Notes: a model not told the origin generated them from the sequence alone. DNA of 64,000 nt from an uncultured Thermoleophilia bacterium (GCA_963717285.1 CAVQVW010000002.1:516783-580782), one strand, 5' to 3'. Shown: positions 1 to 14,534, counted from the stretch's first letter. A program made the numbers and translations.

Positions 1-141
1 GAGTTCGGAGCACTGAGGGAGCCGGGAAGGACCACCACGACGTTGGCCGTGGAAGTTCGTGACCAGGCTGAGCTCCAGGGGATCCTGCGGCGCATCGAGG
101 CCTACGGACTGAGTCTTGTCGCGGCAGGACCGCGCCGCTGA
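1..141 (+). CDS. 3' fragment of an unidentified protein (gene starts upstream of the window)
   Basis: Frame 1 is open from base 1 to TGA at 139-141, translating ...TLAVEVRDQAELQGILRRIEAYGLSLVAAGPRR*. Composition is balanced. No family recognised. Confidence 0.3.
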   Translation, partial: EFGALREPGRTTTTLAVEVRDQAELQGILRRIEAYGLSLVAAGPRR

Positions 142-323
142 GAGGGAGCGGGAGACCCCCTGCGCCACGAGGCCCGGGGAACGAGAAAGCCCACCTCGTC
201 TCCCTGGGGCTCGTTGCGTGTGGCGGCGCCACAGACACGAGCGCGCGGCACCGACGCAGATGGAAGTACGACGGCCGCATTCGCCGGCCGCGTCGTACGA
301 GAGCATCTCTGGCAGCGCGACGC

Positions 324-833
324 TCAGAAACCCCCTCGCCGGCGAGCACGGCGACGCGACCGGCGATGCACCCCTGCGATAGAGACCGGGGAGAGCGGCC
401 TGCCGAGCGGATCGATGAACAACGTGCACGGGCCCGAGGTGAGGGGCGGAGAACCCTCGAGCAGATCGCGTGCGTACGCAAGGCTGTCACCCTGCATCGT
501 TGGGTCGCGCAGAGCGACTACGGCATCTTCGGGGACGTCGTCGCCAGACTCAAGTAGCGCCAGCACGGCGTTGGGCGGATTTTCGGCGAAACCGTTCTCG
601 CCCTCGCCCCACAGGCCGACGAAGTCCTCCGCGGTCACGTAGCCCACCACTCGCTCCGGTCGATCTGAGAAGTACAGCGTCGAGGGAGCGATGCCGTCGA
701 GTGTCAGCGTGGAGCCTTCGAAGCTCGACCCTCGCGCCGTCTGCACGTACATCATCTCGACTTCCTGCGAACGGTCCTTCCTGTCTGGACTCATCAGCTC
801 GCCTACCTTCCTCATCGCGTTTGCATCGACCAT
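324..833 (-). CDS. hypothetical protein
   Basis: Minus-strand ORF with a non-repetitive segment (LYFSDRPERVVGYVTAEDFVGLWGEGENGFAENPPNAVLALLESGDD...). Candidate ATG starts at 833 and 794; AGGAAGG lies upstream of the 794 ATG. Divergent from the DUF2252 gene. The N-terminal extension of the 315-aa track ORF is Pro/Arg-rich and probably not coding. Confidence 0.3.
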   Translation of the reverse strand: MVDANAMRKVGELMSPDRKDRSQEVEMMYVQTARGSSFEGSTLTLDGIAPSTLYFSDRPERVVGYVTAEDFVGLWGEGENGFAENPPNAVLALLESGDDVPEDAVVALRDPTMQGDSLAYARDLLEGSPPLTSGPCTLFIDPLGRPLSPVSIAGVHRRSRRRARRRGGF

Positions 834-1089
834 GGGCAGCACACCTGGAGGTCGACCGGTGAACCTCACCCGAACGGGGTGGTCATCAGGCGGCTCCGCG
901 CCCTGAGGTAGGGTGTCGGGCGACCACTGCACGGGGGATGGCTGCGCCGGGGGCGCGAGCACGCGAGCGGGCATTGACGCGGGAGCGTCAGCATCGTTCA
1001 ATGGGACTGCACGGCCCGCAGCATGCAGAGGCGGCCCGGCACAGCGGGGATGACCTCCAGGCGTGAACGACATCGGAGAGGATCGAGCC

Positions 1090-2460
1090 ATGACGACAGA
1101 CGCCACACCAGCCGAGCGCCACAGCCTGGGCAAGGCGCTGCGCCAGGCCACGCCCCGCTCCAGCCACGCCGAGTGGACGCCGGCCGCGACGCGTCCCGAC
1201 CCCGTCGAGCTGATCAGTGGCCAGGACGCCGCCCGCCTGCCGTGGCTCGTGCCGATCCGCCACGGGCGCATGGCGGTCTCGCCCTTCAGCTTCTACCGCG
1301 GCGCCGCGCGCATCATGGCCGCCGACCTGGCGGGCAGCCCGGCGAGCGGCCTGCCGGTGCAGCTCTGCGGCGACGCCCACCTCTCGAACTTCGGCTCCTA
1401 CGCCTCGCCCTCGCGCGCCCAGGTCTTCGACGTCAACGACTTCGACGAGACTCTGCCCGGCCCCTGGGAGTGGGACCTGAAGCGGCTCGCGGCGAGCGTC
1501 GTCGTGGCCGGCCGCGAGTGCGGCTTCGAACAGCAGCAGATCGCGGCCGCGACCATGAGCTCGGTGGCCGCTTACCGCGAGGCGATGGCGCGCTTCGCGC
1601 AGGCCGGCACCCTCGAGCTCTGGTACTCGTACCTGACCCTCGAGCAGATCCGGGCGGTGCTGCCCAAGAAGGCCGACCAGAAGCGCTTCGAGAAGACCCA
1701 GCACAAATGGGCCTCCAAGGACAGCCTGAAGGCCCTCGCCAAGCTGGCCGAGCCGGTCGGCGAGAGCTTCCGCATCAGGAGCGAGCCGCCCCTGCTCGTG
1801 CCCCTGCGCGAGCTCGCCGCCGAGCAGCACCCGGAGGCGCTGCGCGAGGAGGCCGAGGCCAGTCTGGCCGCCTACGCGCACACGATGAACAACGACCGCA
1901 AGCGCCTGCTGCAGCGCTTCCACCTCGTCGATGTGGCCCTCAAGGTGGTCGGCGTGGGCAGCGTCGGCAGCCGCTGCCTGGTCGTGCTGCTGCAGGGCAA
2001 GGACTCAGGCGACCCGCTCTTCCTGCAGGTCAAGGAGGCCGGCGAGTCGGTGCTCGCCGAGCACCTGCCGAAGAGCGTCTACGCGCAGCAGGGGCGGCGC
2101 GTCGTCGAGGGCCAGCGCCTCATGCAGGCCGCCAGCGACATCTTCCTGGGCTGGTCGGAGGCCCGCTCGGGCATCCACTACTACTGGCGCCAGCTGCACG
2201 ACATGAAGGGCTCGGTCGACATCGAGGCGATGGACGCGCGCCGCCTGAGCGCCTACGCAGGGCTCTGCGGCTGGACCCTGGCCCACGCCCACGCACGCTC
2301 CGGCGACGCCCTCGCCATCGCCGGCTACCTCGGCTCCGGCGAGAGCTTCGACCGGGCGCTCAGCGAGTTCGCCGAGCGCTACGCCGACCAGAACCAGCGC
2401 GACTACGAGGCCTTCACGGCGGCCATCGCGGCCGGCACCATCGCCGCCCAGACGGGCTAG
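1090..2460 (+). CDS. DUF2252-family protein
   Basis: N-terminus ERHSLGKALR...PRSSHAEW...PDPVELI...VPIRHGRMAVSPFSFYRGAARIMAADLA matches the DUF2252 signature as recalled. GGAGAGGA sits 7 nt upstream of the ATG at 1090, which is preferred over the ATG at 1063. Confidence 0.7.
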   Translation: MTTDATPAERHSLGKALRQATPRSSHAEWTPAATRPDPVELISGQDAARLPWLVPIRHGRMAVSPFSFYRGAARIMAADLAGSPASGLPVQLCGDAHLSNFGSYASPSRAQVFDVNDFDETLPGPWEWDLKRLAASVVVAGRECGFEQQQIAAATMSSVAAYREAMARFAQAGTLELWYSYLTLEQIRAVLPKKADQKRFEKTQHKWASKDSLKALAKLAEPVGESFRIRSEPPLLVPLRELAAEQHPEALREEAEASLAAYAHTMNNDRKRLLQRFHLVDVALKVVGVGSVGSRCLVVLLQGKDSGDPLFLQVKEAGESVLAEHLPKSVYAQQGRRVVEGQRLMQAASDIFLGWSEARSGIHYYWRQLHDMKGSVDIEAMDARRLSAYAGLCGWTLAHAHARSGDALAIAGYLGSGESFDRALSEFAERYADQNQRDYEAFTAAIAAGTIAAQTG

Positions 2461-2532
2461 GCACCGGCGGGGACCTGCCGGCGCCGGGGGCGTGGACGGC
2501 GAAGGGCGCCTACAAACGAAGGATCGGATCCT

Positions 2533-3180
2533 ATGTCCGAGGACGAGACGACCGAGACGAGCAGAGATGCACCACGCGCCCGGCTTCTGCCCAAGTCGAG
2601 GCTGGACGCGTTCACCGACGGCGTCCTGGCGATCGTCATCACGCTGCTCGTGCTGGAGCTGGAGGTACCCGAGGAGTCGACGGAGCTGCTCGCCGCGCTC
2701 GCGGAGCAGTGGGCCTCCTACCTCGCCTACATCGTCAGCTTCGTCTTCGTCGGCGGCATCTGGCTGGCGCACGTCGATCTCACGCGCTTCATCAAGCGCA
2801 GCGACAGCGTCTTCATGCGCCTCAATCTCGTGATGCTGCTCTTCGTCTCCTTCCTGCCGTTCACCACCACCCTCGCGGCCACGCATCTCACCGACGCCGG
2901 CGAGCGCGTCGCCGTCGTCATCTTCGGTCTCGACCTTCTCCTCGCGTCGCTGATGATGAGCGCGCTGGCCGTCTACGTCGCCAGGCACCGCGACCTTGTC
3001 GCCGACGAGGTCGACACCGAAGAGGCACACGCCTTCGTCCGCAGGCGCTGGGTCGGGGTGGTGGTGATGGGTGCTGCGACCGCCATCGGCCTGGTCGCGC
3101 CGAGCCTCGCCGTGGCCTTGTACGTCATCGCTACCCTGACGTTCGTCGTTGAGCCTCTGGTGCGTCTGCAGCGTTCATAG
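2533..3180 (+). CDS. TMEM175/DUF1211-family putative K+ channel membrane protein
   Basis: Signature RLDAFTDGVLAIVITLLVLELEVPE followed by several hydrophobic helices. GAAGGA RBS 9 nt upstream of the ATG. Confidence 0.7.
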   Translation: MSEDETTETSRDAPRARLLPKSRLDAFTDGVLAIVITLLVLELEVPEESTELLAALAEQWASYLAYIVSFVFVGGIWLAHVDLTRFIKRSDSVFMRLNLVMLLFVSFLPFTTTLAATHLTDAGERVAVVIFGLDLLLASLMMSALAVYVARHRDLVADEVDTEEAHAFVRRRWVGVVVMGAATAIGLVAPSLAVALYVIATLTFVVEPLVRLQRS

Positions 3181-3522
3181 CCTCGTCGGCGAGCAGGAGA
3201 AGACGATCCCGGCCGCCGCTCTACGCAATGGCGGGAGCGCCACACGACCATTGCGCTCACAACTTGTGCAGTGCTAGTCTTGCCCACGTTTTTCGGCAGT
3301 TCGGCGGACGACATCGGCGCCGACCCAACTCGCGGGCCCGAGGCCACGGGCGTTTGGCTCACGCGAGGCAGGGGGCGGCCCACGTGACGCCGGCTGACCC
3401 ACCCGCATGGTAGTGCCCGTCCGGCAGGGCCAGCGGCAAGTCGCCCGCGTACTCGCGAGAACCTTGTTGCGGGGGCGTCCAGTCCGGCAAGGACCGATGA
3501 GTGACACAGGGAGGTAGTCAGG

Positions 3523-5475
<1,953 letters not shown>

Positions 5476-5529
5476 GAGACATCGGACCCGAGCCGCTCCA
5501 CGGCGAGCGGCGGCAGGCTTCGAGATGAC

Positions 5530-5568
5530 AGAGAGGGCGGGCCGCCGAACAGGCGGCCCGCCCTCTCT
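5530..5568 (+). terminator. GC-rich hairpin terminator downstream of acs
   Basis: AGAGAGGGCGGGCCGCC-GAACA-GGCGGCCCGCCCTCTCT followed by CCTTTCTCCCCC. Perfect 17-bp stem. Confidence 0.5.
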
Positions 5569-5648
5569 CCTTTCTCCCCCAACGCATGACCGGCGACGTG
5601 CGGAGGTACCTAGGGAGTGAGGGCAGTCGTCAGGCGGGACCGGCGTAC

Positions 5649-8336
5649 ATGAGCACACGCAACCTGCGCGGGTTGTTCGACCCGAGAAGCATCGCCGTCG
5701 TGGGCGCGTCGGAACGAGCGGGATCCGTCGGCTGCGTCTTGCTCCAGAATCTTCTGGATGCTCGGTATGAGGGCAACATCTACCCGGTGAACGTCTCTGC
5801 CGAGTCAGTGCAGGGGCTGCCGGCATGGCCCTCGGTCGCCCAACTCCCCGAGCAGGTCGACTTGGCTGTGCTCGCCGTGCCGGCATGGGCGGTGCCGGCC
5901 GCGATGCACGAGTGCGGGGAGGCCGGCGTCCTCGCCGCTCTCATCGTCAGCGCCGGGTTCCGTGAGACCGGCGAGGAAGGCAGGTTCCTCGAAGACGAGG
6001 TGCGGACGCTCGCGCGACGCTACGGGGTGCGCATCCTCGGGCCCAACTGTCTCGGCTTCGTCCGGCCGGCGCACCACCTCAACGTGACCTTCGCGAGCAC
6101 GGCCCCACCAGACGGCCACATCGCCTTCTTCAGTCAATCGGGAGCGCTCGGCGCGGCGATCCTGGACTGGGCGACCGCGCACCAGGTCGGCTTCAGCGTA
6201 TTCGTCAGCGTCGGCTCGATGGCGGACGTCGACTTCGGCGACCTCATCGACCACTTCGGCGCCGACGCCCATACCTCGAGCATCATCCTCTACATCGAGT
6301 CCGTCGGCGACGCGCGCAAGTTCATGAGCGCCGCCAAGCATTTCGCCACGAGCAAGCCGATCATCGCCGTCAAGAGCGGCCGCACGGTCCGCGGCGCGGA
6401 GGCGGCGGCCAGCCACACCGGCGCCATAGCCGGCGACGATGCCCTTTACAGCGCGATGTTCCGCCGCGCTGGCGTCGTACGCGTCAACGAGATCGAAGAC
6501 CTGTTCGACGCCAGCGAGGCGCTCAGCCTCGCGAGCCGACCGCGTGGCCCACGCCTGGGCATCGTCACCAACGCCGGCGGGCCGGGAGTCATGGCCTGTG
6601 ACCGGCTACTCGAACTCGGCGGCGAGCTGGCCGACCTCTCCGCCAGGACGGAGGCCAGACTCAGGGCCACCCTCCCCGAGTTCAGCAGCCGCGGCAACCC
6701 GGTCGACGTCCTCGGCGATGCCAGCGCAGCCCGCTACGCAGACGCCGCACGGGCGCTCATGGACGACCCCAACTGCGACGGCGTCCTCGCCATCCTGACA
6801 CCGCAGGCGATGAGCAATCCCACCGGCACCGCTCAGGCCCTCGCCGAGGCATCGAAAGCCCACCCGCACAAGCCGCTGCTGGCCTCGTTCATGGGCGAGA
6901 CCGCGGTCGCCGACGGCTTGGCCGTGCTCGAGCGCGCCCACGTGCCGACCTTCGGCACGCCCGAGCAAGCGGTACGGGCCTGCATGTACATGTGTGAGTA
7001 CGCGCGCAACCTCGCGAACATCTACGAGACGCCTGTCGATATTCTGCCCGACTTCGAACCCGACCGCGACGCCGTCGCGGCGCTCTTCGCCACAGTCGCG
7101 CAGTCGGGTCGCTCGATCCTCAGTGAGCCCGAGGCGAAGAGCGCTCTCGCCGCGTACGACATCCCTGTCAACACCACCACCGTGGCGACGAGCCCAGGGG
7201 AGTGCGCCGCCGCTGCCGAGAGGATCGGGTTCCCAGTAGCTGTGAAGATCCTAAGCCACGACATCACGTACAAGAGCGACATCGGCGGCGTCGCCCTCGA
7301 CGTTCGCTCAGCGATCGAAGCGGCGGCGCAGTTCACGGCGATCACCGAGCGGGCGGTGGAAGCCGCGCCGACGGCCAGTATCGTCGGCGTGACCGTCCAG
7401 CCGATGGTGCGCGGCGGCTGCGAGACGATCATCGGCGCGCGGCACGACGCCACCTTCGGCCCTGCCATCCTCTTCGGGATGGGCGGCACCAACGTGGAAC
7501 TGCACCGCGACGTCACCCTCGACTTCCCACCTCTCAACGAGGCCCTGGCGCGGACCATGATCGAACGCACGAGGGTCTCGCGGCTGCTCAAGGGCTACCG
7601 CAGCGCCGCCCCGGCGGACATGGTCGCCCTCGAGCGCGCACTGGTGAAGGCCAGCTACCTGCTCGTCGACTTCCCGGAGATCCTCGAGATGGACGTGAAT
7701 CCACTGGTGGTGCGAACCGACGGCGTCTGCGCTCTCAACGCGCGCATCGCCCTCCAGCCTGCGGAAGCAGGCAAGGCCAAGCCGCCTGGCTCGCATCTCA
7801 TGATCCCCGTCTACCCCACCAGGTACCAGCGAGAGTTGGATCTCGGCGGCGAGAAGGTCCAGATCCGCGCCATCAAGCCGGAGGACGAGCCACTCTGGAA
7901 GGAGATGGTCGCGTCATTCTCCGAGGCGACTGCCGACCACCGCTTCTTCGGGCACGTCGGGGCGGTCACCAAGGCGATGCTTGTGCGCTACTGCCACATC
8001 GACTACGACCGCGAGGTCGCCCTCGTTGCGATCCGTACGGACGAGGGCGACGACGCGAAGGAGACAATGCTCGGCGTCGCCCAACTGACGCTCGAGACGG
8101 CCAGCGCCCTCACTGGCGAGTTCGCCATCGTCGTGCGTGACGCCTGCCAGGGCAAGGGCCTCGGCCACACGCTCATGGCCACCCTCATCGATGCTGCCCG
8201 CGAGCGCCACATGAACGAGATCACGGGTGACGTGCTGACGGCCAACCGGGGCATGCTGCGCTTCGCCGAGAGCCTCGGCTTCGACGTCCTTCCGGGCGAT
8301 GAATCGAGAGTGCGCCGGGTCGTCCTCCGTCTCTGA
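5649..8336 (+). CDS. Pat/PatZ-type protein lysine acetyltransferase (NDP-forming acyl-CoA synthetase-like domains + C-terminal GNAT), copy 1
   Basis: N-terminal CoA-binding module LFDPRSIAVVGASERAGSVG...YPVN. Motif KSGRT...AAASHTGAIAG. ATP-grasp region. C-terminal GNAT (FAIVVRD..QGKGLGHTLM). Start set at MSTRNLRGLF by alignment with copy 2; the track ORF begins 21 codons earlier at 5586. Confidence 0.75.
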   Translation: MSTRNLRGLFDPRSIAVVGASERAGSVGCVLLQNLLDARYEGNIYPVNVSAESVQGLPAWPSVAQLPEQVDLAVLAVPAWAVPAAMHECGEAGVLAALIVSAGFRETGEEGRFLEDEVRTLARRYGVRILGPNCLGFVRPAHHLNVTFASTAPPDGHIAFFSQSGALGAAILDWATAHQVGFSVFVSVGSMADVDFGDLIDHFGADAHTSSIILYIESVGDARKFMSAAKHFATSKPIIAVKSGRTVRGAEAAASHTGAIAGDDALYSAMFRRAGVVRVNEIEDLFDASEALSLASRPRGPRLGIVTNAGGPGVMACDRLLELGGELADLSARTEARLRATLPEFSSRGNPVDVLGDASAARYADAARALMDDPNCDGVLAILTPQAMSNPTGTAQALAEASKAHPHKPLLASFMGETAVADGLAVLERAHVPTFGTPEQAVRACMYMCEYARNLANIYETPVDILPDFEPDRDAVAALFATVAQSGRSILSEPEAKSALAAYDIPVNTTTVATSPGECAAAAERIGFPVAVKILSHDITYKSDIGGVALDVRSAIEAAAQFTAITERAVEAAPTASIVGVTVQPMVRGGCETIIGARHDATFGPAILFGMGGTNVELHRDVTLDFPPLNEALARTMIERTRVSRLLKGYRSAAPADMVALERALVKASYLLVDFPEILEMDVNPLVVRTDGVCALNARIALQPAEAGKAKPPGSHLMIPVYPTRYQRELDLGGEKVQIRAIKPEDEPLWKEMVASFSEATADHRFFGHVGAVTKAMLVRYCHIDYDREVALVAIRTDEGDDAKETMLGVAQLTLETASALTGEFAIVVRDACQGKGLGHTLMATLIDAARERHMNEITGDVLTANRGMLRFAESLGFDVLPGDESRVRRVVLRL

Positions 8337-8584
8337 TCAGCGGGGCTTCGGCTCGGCTGCCCCTTCGGGAGTCTGACTCCCCCCGGCCACCCCAGAGTTC
8401 GTAGCTACAGGAAGCGGGTGCGTCAGTTCACGGACGTCACCGAGCGCGCCGCGAGGTCGGACAACGCCCCCAGAGGCGGGGCGCCACGCCGCTTCAACGC
8501 ACGCTGCCGGCGCGGGATGATTGTCGCCTACTCGCGTCGTAGAGTACTCACGAGAACGACGAGCGAGAGGCAACGCAGAGGGCC

Positions 8585-11269
8585 ATGGGCACACGCAACC
8601 TCAAGAGGCTGTTCGATCCGAGAAGTGTCGCGGTGATCGGCGCCTCCAACAAGAAGGGGACCGTCGGCCATACTCTCTTGCACAACCTCATCAGCGCCGA
8701 GTACGACGGCGTTGTCTACCCCGTGAGCACCTCTTCCCCATCGGTCCAGGGCATCCATGCCTACACCTCGATCGCGCAGATCCCCCGAAAGGTCGACCTC
8801 GCCGTCGTAGCTGTGCCCGCGAGGTCCGTCCCGGACGCCATGCGCGAGTGCGGCGAGGCCGGCGTCGGCGGCGCCGTGATCGTCAGCGCGGGCTTCAAGG
8901 AGGCGGGCGAGGCCGGCAGGCGTCTCGAGCGGCAGGTGAGCGAGATCGCAAGAGCTCACGGCGTACGCATCCTGGGACCCAACTGCCTCGGCTACATCCG
9001 TCCAGCCCATCATCTCAACGTGACGTTCTCTCACCTGATCCCGCCGTCAGGCAACGTGGCCTTCTTCAGCCAGTCGGGGGCTCTCGGGACGGCCATCCTC
9101 GATTGGGCGACCGCCAACGACATCGGCTTCAGTGCCTTCGTCAGCGTTGGCTCGATGGCCGACATCGACTTCGGCGATCTCATCGACTACTACGGCGCCG
9201 ACCAGCACACGACGAGCATCATCCTCTACATCGAGTCGATCACGGACGCACGCAAGTTCATGAGCGCCGCCCGCCACTTCGCGAAGAGCAAGCCGATCAT
9301 CGTCGTGAAGAGCGGCCGCACGGCGCGCAGCGCACTGGCGGCCGCCAGCCACACTGGCGCCATGGCCGGAGACGACACCTTGTACAGCGCCGTGTTCCGG
9401 CGCGCGGGAGTGGTGCGTGTCGACAAGATCGAAGACCTGTTCGACGCCAGCGAAGCGCTAAGCCGCGTCGGCAGCCCCCGCGGCCGCCGGCTCGGGATCG
9501 TCACGAATGCCGGTGGGCCCGGCGTGATGGCCTGCGACCGGCTGCTGCACCTCGGAGGCGAGCTCGCCGAGCTCGCGCCCGAGACAGACGCACAACTCGC
9601 AGCCTGCCTGCCTGAGTTCAGCGCGCGCGGCAATCCGGTCGACGTCGCGGGAGACGCCGACGCCGAGCGTTTCGCGCTGGCGACTCAGGCGCTCATGGAC
9701 GACCGCAACTGCGACGGCGTCCTCGCGATCCTGACGCCACAGGCGATGAGCCAGCCGACCGCCACCGCCAACGCGCTGGTTCGGGTGTCCCGCACCCACC
9801 AGCTCAAACCCCTTCTCACGGCGTTCATGGGCGAGACCAGGGTCGCCGAGGCCATCCGGGTCCTGCACAAGGCTCGCGTGCCCGCGTTCAACACACCCGA
9901 GGACGCGGTGGGGGCCTACATGTACATGTGCCAGTACACGCGCAACCTGGCGAACCTCTACGAGACGCCGGCGGACATCCTGCCGCACTTCGAACCAGAC
10001 CGGGACGTCGTCAAGAAGACCTTCCTCGATGTTGCCCGTGCAGACCGAGCGATCCTCACAGAGCCGGAAGCCGATCGCGTCATACAGGCGTACCAGATTC
10101 CCGTCGTATCCACGCTGGTGGCCACGACCCCAGAGGAGTGCGCGGCCGCGGCTGAGAAGATCGGCTTCCCCGTGGCCGTCAAGATCCTCAGCCGCGACAT
10201 CAGCCACAAGGTCGACGTCTCCGGCGTCAGTCTAGGCGTGTCGTCCGCCGCGGACGCCGCCGAGCAGTTCACCGAGGTCATCGAGAGGGTGAAGAGGGCG
10301 CGACCCAAGGCGAGGATCGAGGGCGTCGTCGTGCAGCCGATGCGAAGCAAGGGCCACGAACTGATCATCGGCTCCAAGAAGGATCCCACGTTCGGACCGG
10401 CTCTCATCTTCGGCATGGGAGGAACCAGCGTGGAATACCATCACGACGTGGCCGTCGACTTCCCCCCGCTCAATCAAGCTTTGGCGCGGTCGATGATCCA
10501 AAGCACCAAGGTGAGCCAGCTGCTCGACGGCTACCGCGGCACGGAGCCCGTCGACATGGTGGCGCTCGAGCAGGCCATGGTGAAGGTGAGCTACCTTCTC
10601 GTCGACTTCCCCGAGATCCTCGAGATGGACATCAACCCGTTGCTCGTGAACCAGGACGGCATCCTTGCCCTCAACGCACGCATCGTCATCGACCCCCGAG
10701 CCGTGCGCAAGATCACCCTTCCCGGTTCCCATCTCATGATCTCGATGTACCCGAGCAAGTACCGGTGGGAGATGCCCCTCGGGGACGACAAGATCCTCAT
10801 CCGCGCCATCAGGCCCGAGGATGAGCCACTCTGGACGGACATGATGGCCTCGCTCTCACCAGACACCGCGCAGTATCGTTTCTTCGGTCCGCTGCGTGAG
10901 ATCACGAAGGCGATGCTCATCCGCTACTGCCACATCGACTACGACCGCGAGATCGCCCTCGTCGCCGTCCGCAAGGGCAAGGCGGCTGGAAGCGACATGA
11001 TGCTGGGCGTCGCACGGCTGACGATCGAGACGGCCAACCCCTCTGAGGGCGAGTTCGCGATCCTCGTACGCGATGACTTCCAGCGAAAGGGCATTGGCAC
11101 GAAGCTCATGGAGACGCTCATTCAGGCAGCACGCGACCGCCACGTCCTCAAGGTCACCGGTCAGGTGCTCACCGTCAATCTCGGCATGACGAACTTCGCC
11201 GAGAATCTCGGCTTCGACGTGCAGGCGAGCGACGAGCACGATATCCACAGCCTGACGCTCAGGCTCTGA
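8585..11269 (+). CDS. Pat/PatZ-type protein lysine acetyltransferase, copy 2 (tandem paralog)
   Basis: 894 aa, collinear with copy 1 across all domains (MGTRNLKRLFDPRSVAVIGAS..., SHTGAMAG, C-terminal GNAT FAILVRDDFQRKGIGTKLM). Separated from copy 1 by a 248-nt spacer. Confidence 0.75.
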   Translation: MGTRNLKRLFDPRSVAVIGASNKKGTVGHTLLHNLISAEYDGVVYPVSTSSPSVQGIHAYTSIAQIPRKVDLAVVAVPARSVPDAMRECGEAGVGGAVIVSAGFKEAGEAGRRLERQVSEIARAHGVRILGPNCLGYIRPAHHLNVTFSHLIPPSGNVAFFSQSGALGTAILDWATANDIGFSAFVSVGSMADIDFGDLIDYYGADQHTTSIILYIESITDARKFMSAARHFAKSKPIIVVKSGRTARSALAAASHTGAMAGDDTLYSAVFRRAGVVRVDKIEDLFDASEALSRVGSPRGRRLGIVTNAGGPGVMACDRLLHLGGELAELAPETDAQLAACLPEFSARGNPVDVAGDADAERFALATQALMDDRNCDGVLAILTPQAMSQPTATANALVRVSRTHQLKPLLTAFMGETRVAEAIRVLHKARVPAFNTPEDAVGAYMYMCQYTRNLANLYETPADILPHFEPDRDVVKKTFLDVARADRAILTEPEADRVIQAYQIPVVSTLVATTPEECAAAAEKIGFPVAVKILSRDISHKVDVSGVSLGVSSAADAAEQFTEVIERVKRARPKARIEGVVVQPMRSKGHELIIGSKKDPTFGPALIFGMGGTSVEYHHDVAVDFPPLNQALARSMIQSTKVSQLLDGYRGTEPVDMVALEQAMVKVSYLLVDFPEILEMDINPLLVNQDGILALNARIVIDPRAVRKITLPGSHLMISMYPSKYRWEMPLGDDKILIRAIRPEDEPLWTDMMASLSPDTAQYRFFGPLREITKAMLIRYCHIDYDREIALVAVRKGKAAGSDMMLGVARLTIETANPSEGEFAILVRDDFQRKGIGTKLMETLIQAARDRHVLKVTGQVLTVNLGMTNFAENLGFDVQASDEHDIHSLTLRL

Positions 11270-11454
11270 CGCCCGGAGCGTCTCTCGCGCATCAGCGCCC
11301 ACTCATGCGCAGCTTGCTTCGCAGCCCGACGGGCCTTAGTATCTTGCACCGGTCGCGCTAGGCGGGGAGCTAGCGGTGCCCTGTACCCGCAATCCGCTAC
11401 AGCGGGGCTGAATCCCCGCCCGAGGGACCGCTCTGCGAGGCTGTCAGTCGTGTG

Positions 11455-11570
11455 CGGTGTTGAAGGTCGGGTCCTGCGCAATGGAACCCTGCAAACCCCG
11501 TCAGGTCCGGGAGGAAGCAGCGGTACACAGGCCATTCCATGTGCCGCAGGGTCGCCTGACCGGAGCTTGC
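11455..11570 (+). ncRNA. ffs: signal recognition particle RNA (small/4.5S type), boundaries approximate
   Basis: Contains GUCAGGUCCGGGAGGAAGCAGC (11500-11521), the near-universal SRP RNA domain IV apical motif. Flanks are complementary (GGTCGGGTCCTGCGCA / TGCCGCAGGGTCGCCTGACC; CAATGGAA / TTCCATG). Located immediately upstream of dnaX, as in many bacteria. Confidence 0.5.
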
Positions 11571-11661
11571 GCCCGGCGAGGACGCTCGGAAAGCGCGTTT
11601 CGACGGCGGGTGCGCGACCGACTCCCTGCCCTCCTCACCAGGGGACGCACACGGACCACCA

Positions 11662-13449
<1,788 letters not shown>

Positions 13450-13458
13450 GGAGAACCG

Positions 13459-13785
13459 ATGTCCAATCCCCAGTACAACAAGATGATGAAGCAGGTCCAG
13501 GAGATGCAGGCCAAGATGGCTCTCGCCCAGGAGGAGCTTGCCAGCCAGACGGTCGAGGCCAGCGCCGGCGGCGGCATGGTGACGGTCGTCGCGACTGGGG
13601 CGCTCGAGGTCCGCGACGTGCGCATCAAGCCCGAGGCCGTCGATCCCGACGATGTCGAGATGCTGCAGGACCTCGTGACCGCGGCGACAAACGAGGCGCT
13701 GCGCGCGGCCCAGGACCTTGCGTCGCAGAAGCTCGGCGGGGCCACCAACGGACTCGACCTGCCGAACATCCCCGGCCTGTTCTAG
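13459..13785 (+). CDS. ybaB: nucleoid-associated protein YbaB/EbfC
   Basis: 108 aa with [39 protein letters not shown]. Canonical position between dnaX and recR. Confidence 0.85.
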   Translation: MSNPQYNKMMKQVQEMQAKMALAQEELASQTVEASAGGGMVTVVATGALEVRDVRIKPEAVDPDDVEMLQDLVTAATNEALRAAQDLASQKLGGATNGLDLPNIPGLF

Positions 13786-13931
13786 GACGGGTGCCCGGGC
13801 CGGGATGACTCGAGCGGTGATCCTTGCCGTCGTGTTCGGCGCGGGGCTGGATCGGCGCTCTGGACAGCCCGCCCGTCCTGGCCTTGCGACAGGAAGTGCA
13901 GCGGGACGAATGCTGATACGATCGCGCAGAC

Positions 13932-14534
13932 GTGTACTCGCCAGCGGTTGAACACCTGATTGTGGAGCTTGCTAAGCTCCCCGGCATCGGTCCCCGCACC
14001 GCCCAACGCCTCACCTTCCACATCCTCAAGCTCCCGCCGGCCGAGATCCTGCCTCTTGCGGCGGCGATCGCCCAGGTCAAGGAGAAGATCGGCTTCTGTC
14101 GCCGCTGCTTCAACCTTGCGGAAGGCGAGCTGTGCACGATCTGCGCCGATGCCCGCCGCGACCCCACCCTCCTCTGCGTCGTCGAGCAGCCGTTCGACAT
14201 CGTGACCATCGAGCGCACGCGAGAGTACCGCGGGCTGTACCACGTCCTCGGCGGAGCATTGAGCCCGATCGACGGCGTCGAGCCGGGCGACCTGCACATC
14301 GCAGAACTCACGGCGAGAACGAGGGATGGCGTCGAGGAGGTCATCCTCGCGACGAACCCCACAATGACTGGTGAGGCGACGGCGCTACACATCGCCGAGC
14401 TGCTTCCCGCAGACGTCCGGGTCACCCGCCTGGCGAGCGGGCTTCCCGTCGGGGGAGATCTCGAGTACGCCGACGAACTCACGTTGGGCCGGGCGTTGGC
14501 CGGAAGGCGCAGCCTGCGACCGGGTGAGGAGTGA
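13932..14534 (+). CDS. recR: recombination protein RecR
   Basis: HhH LIVELAKLPGIGPRTAQRL, C4 zinc finger CRRC...CTIC, and Toprim domain. Confidence 0.9.
   Translation: MYSPAVEHLIVELAKLPGIGPRTAQRLTFHILKLPPAEILPLAAAIAQVKEKIGFCRRCFNLAEGELCTICADARRDPTLLCVVEQPFDIVTIERTREYRGLYHVLGGALSPIDGVEPGDLHIAELTARTRDGVEEVILATNPTMTGEATALHIAELLPADVRVTRLASGLPVGGDLEYADELTLGRALAGRRSLRPGEE

Noticed and set aside
8337-8584. Possible promoter (TGATTG-16 nt-TAGAGT at about 8511-8538) and hairpins (GGGGC..GCCCC, GGGAG..CTCCC at 8345-8390) between the pat paralogs
   Set aside because: The sequence matches to -35/-10 consensus are weak, and the hairpins lack a U-tract. They were not called as features.
5649-11269. Tandem about 2.7-kb direct repeat (two pat paralogs) as a mobile or recently duplicated element
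   Set aside because: The copies are clearly diverged at the protein level (many substitutions throughout) with no flanking IS elements or direct repeats. It was treated as an old gene duplication, not a repeat or mobile feature.
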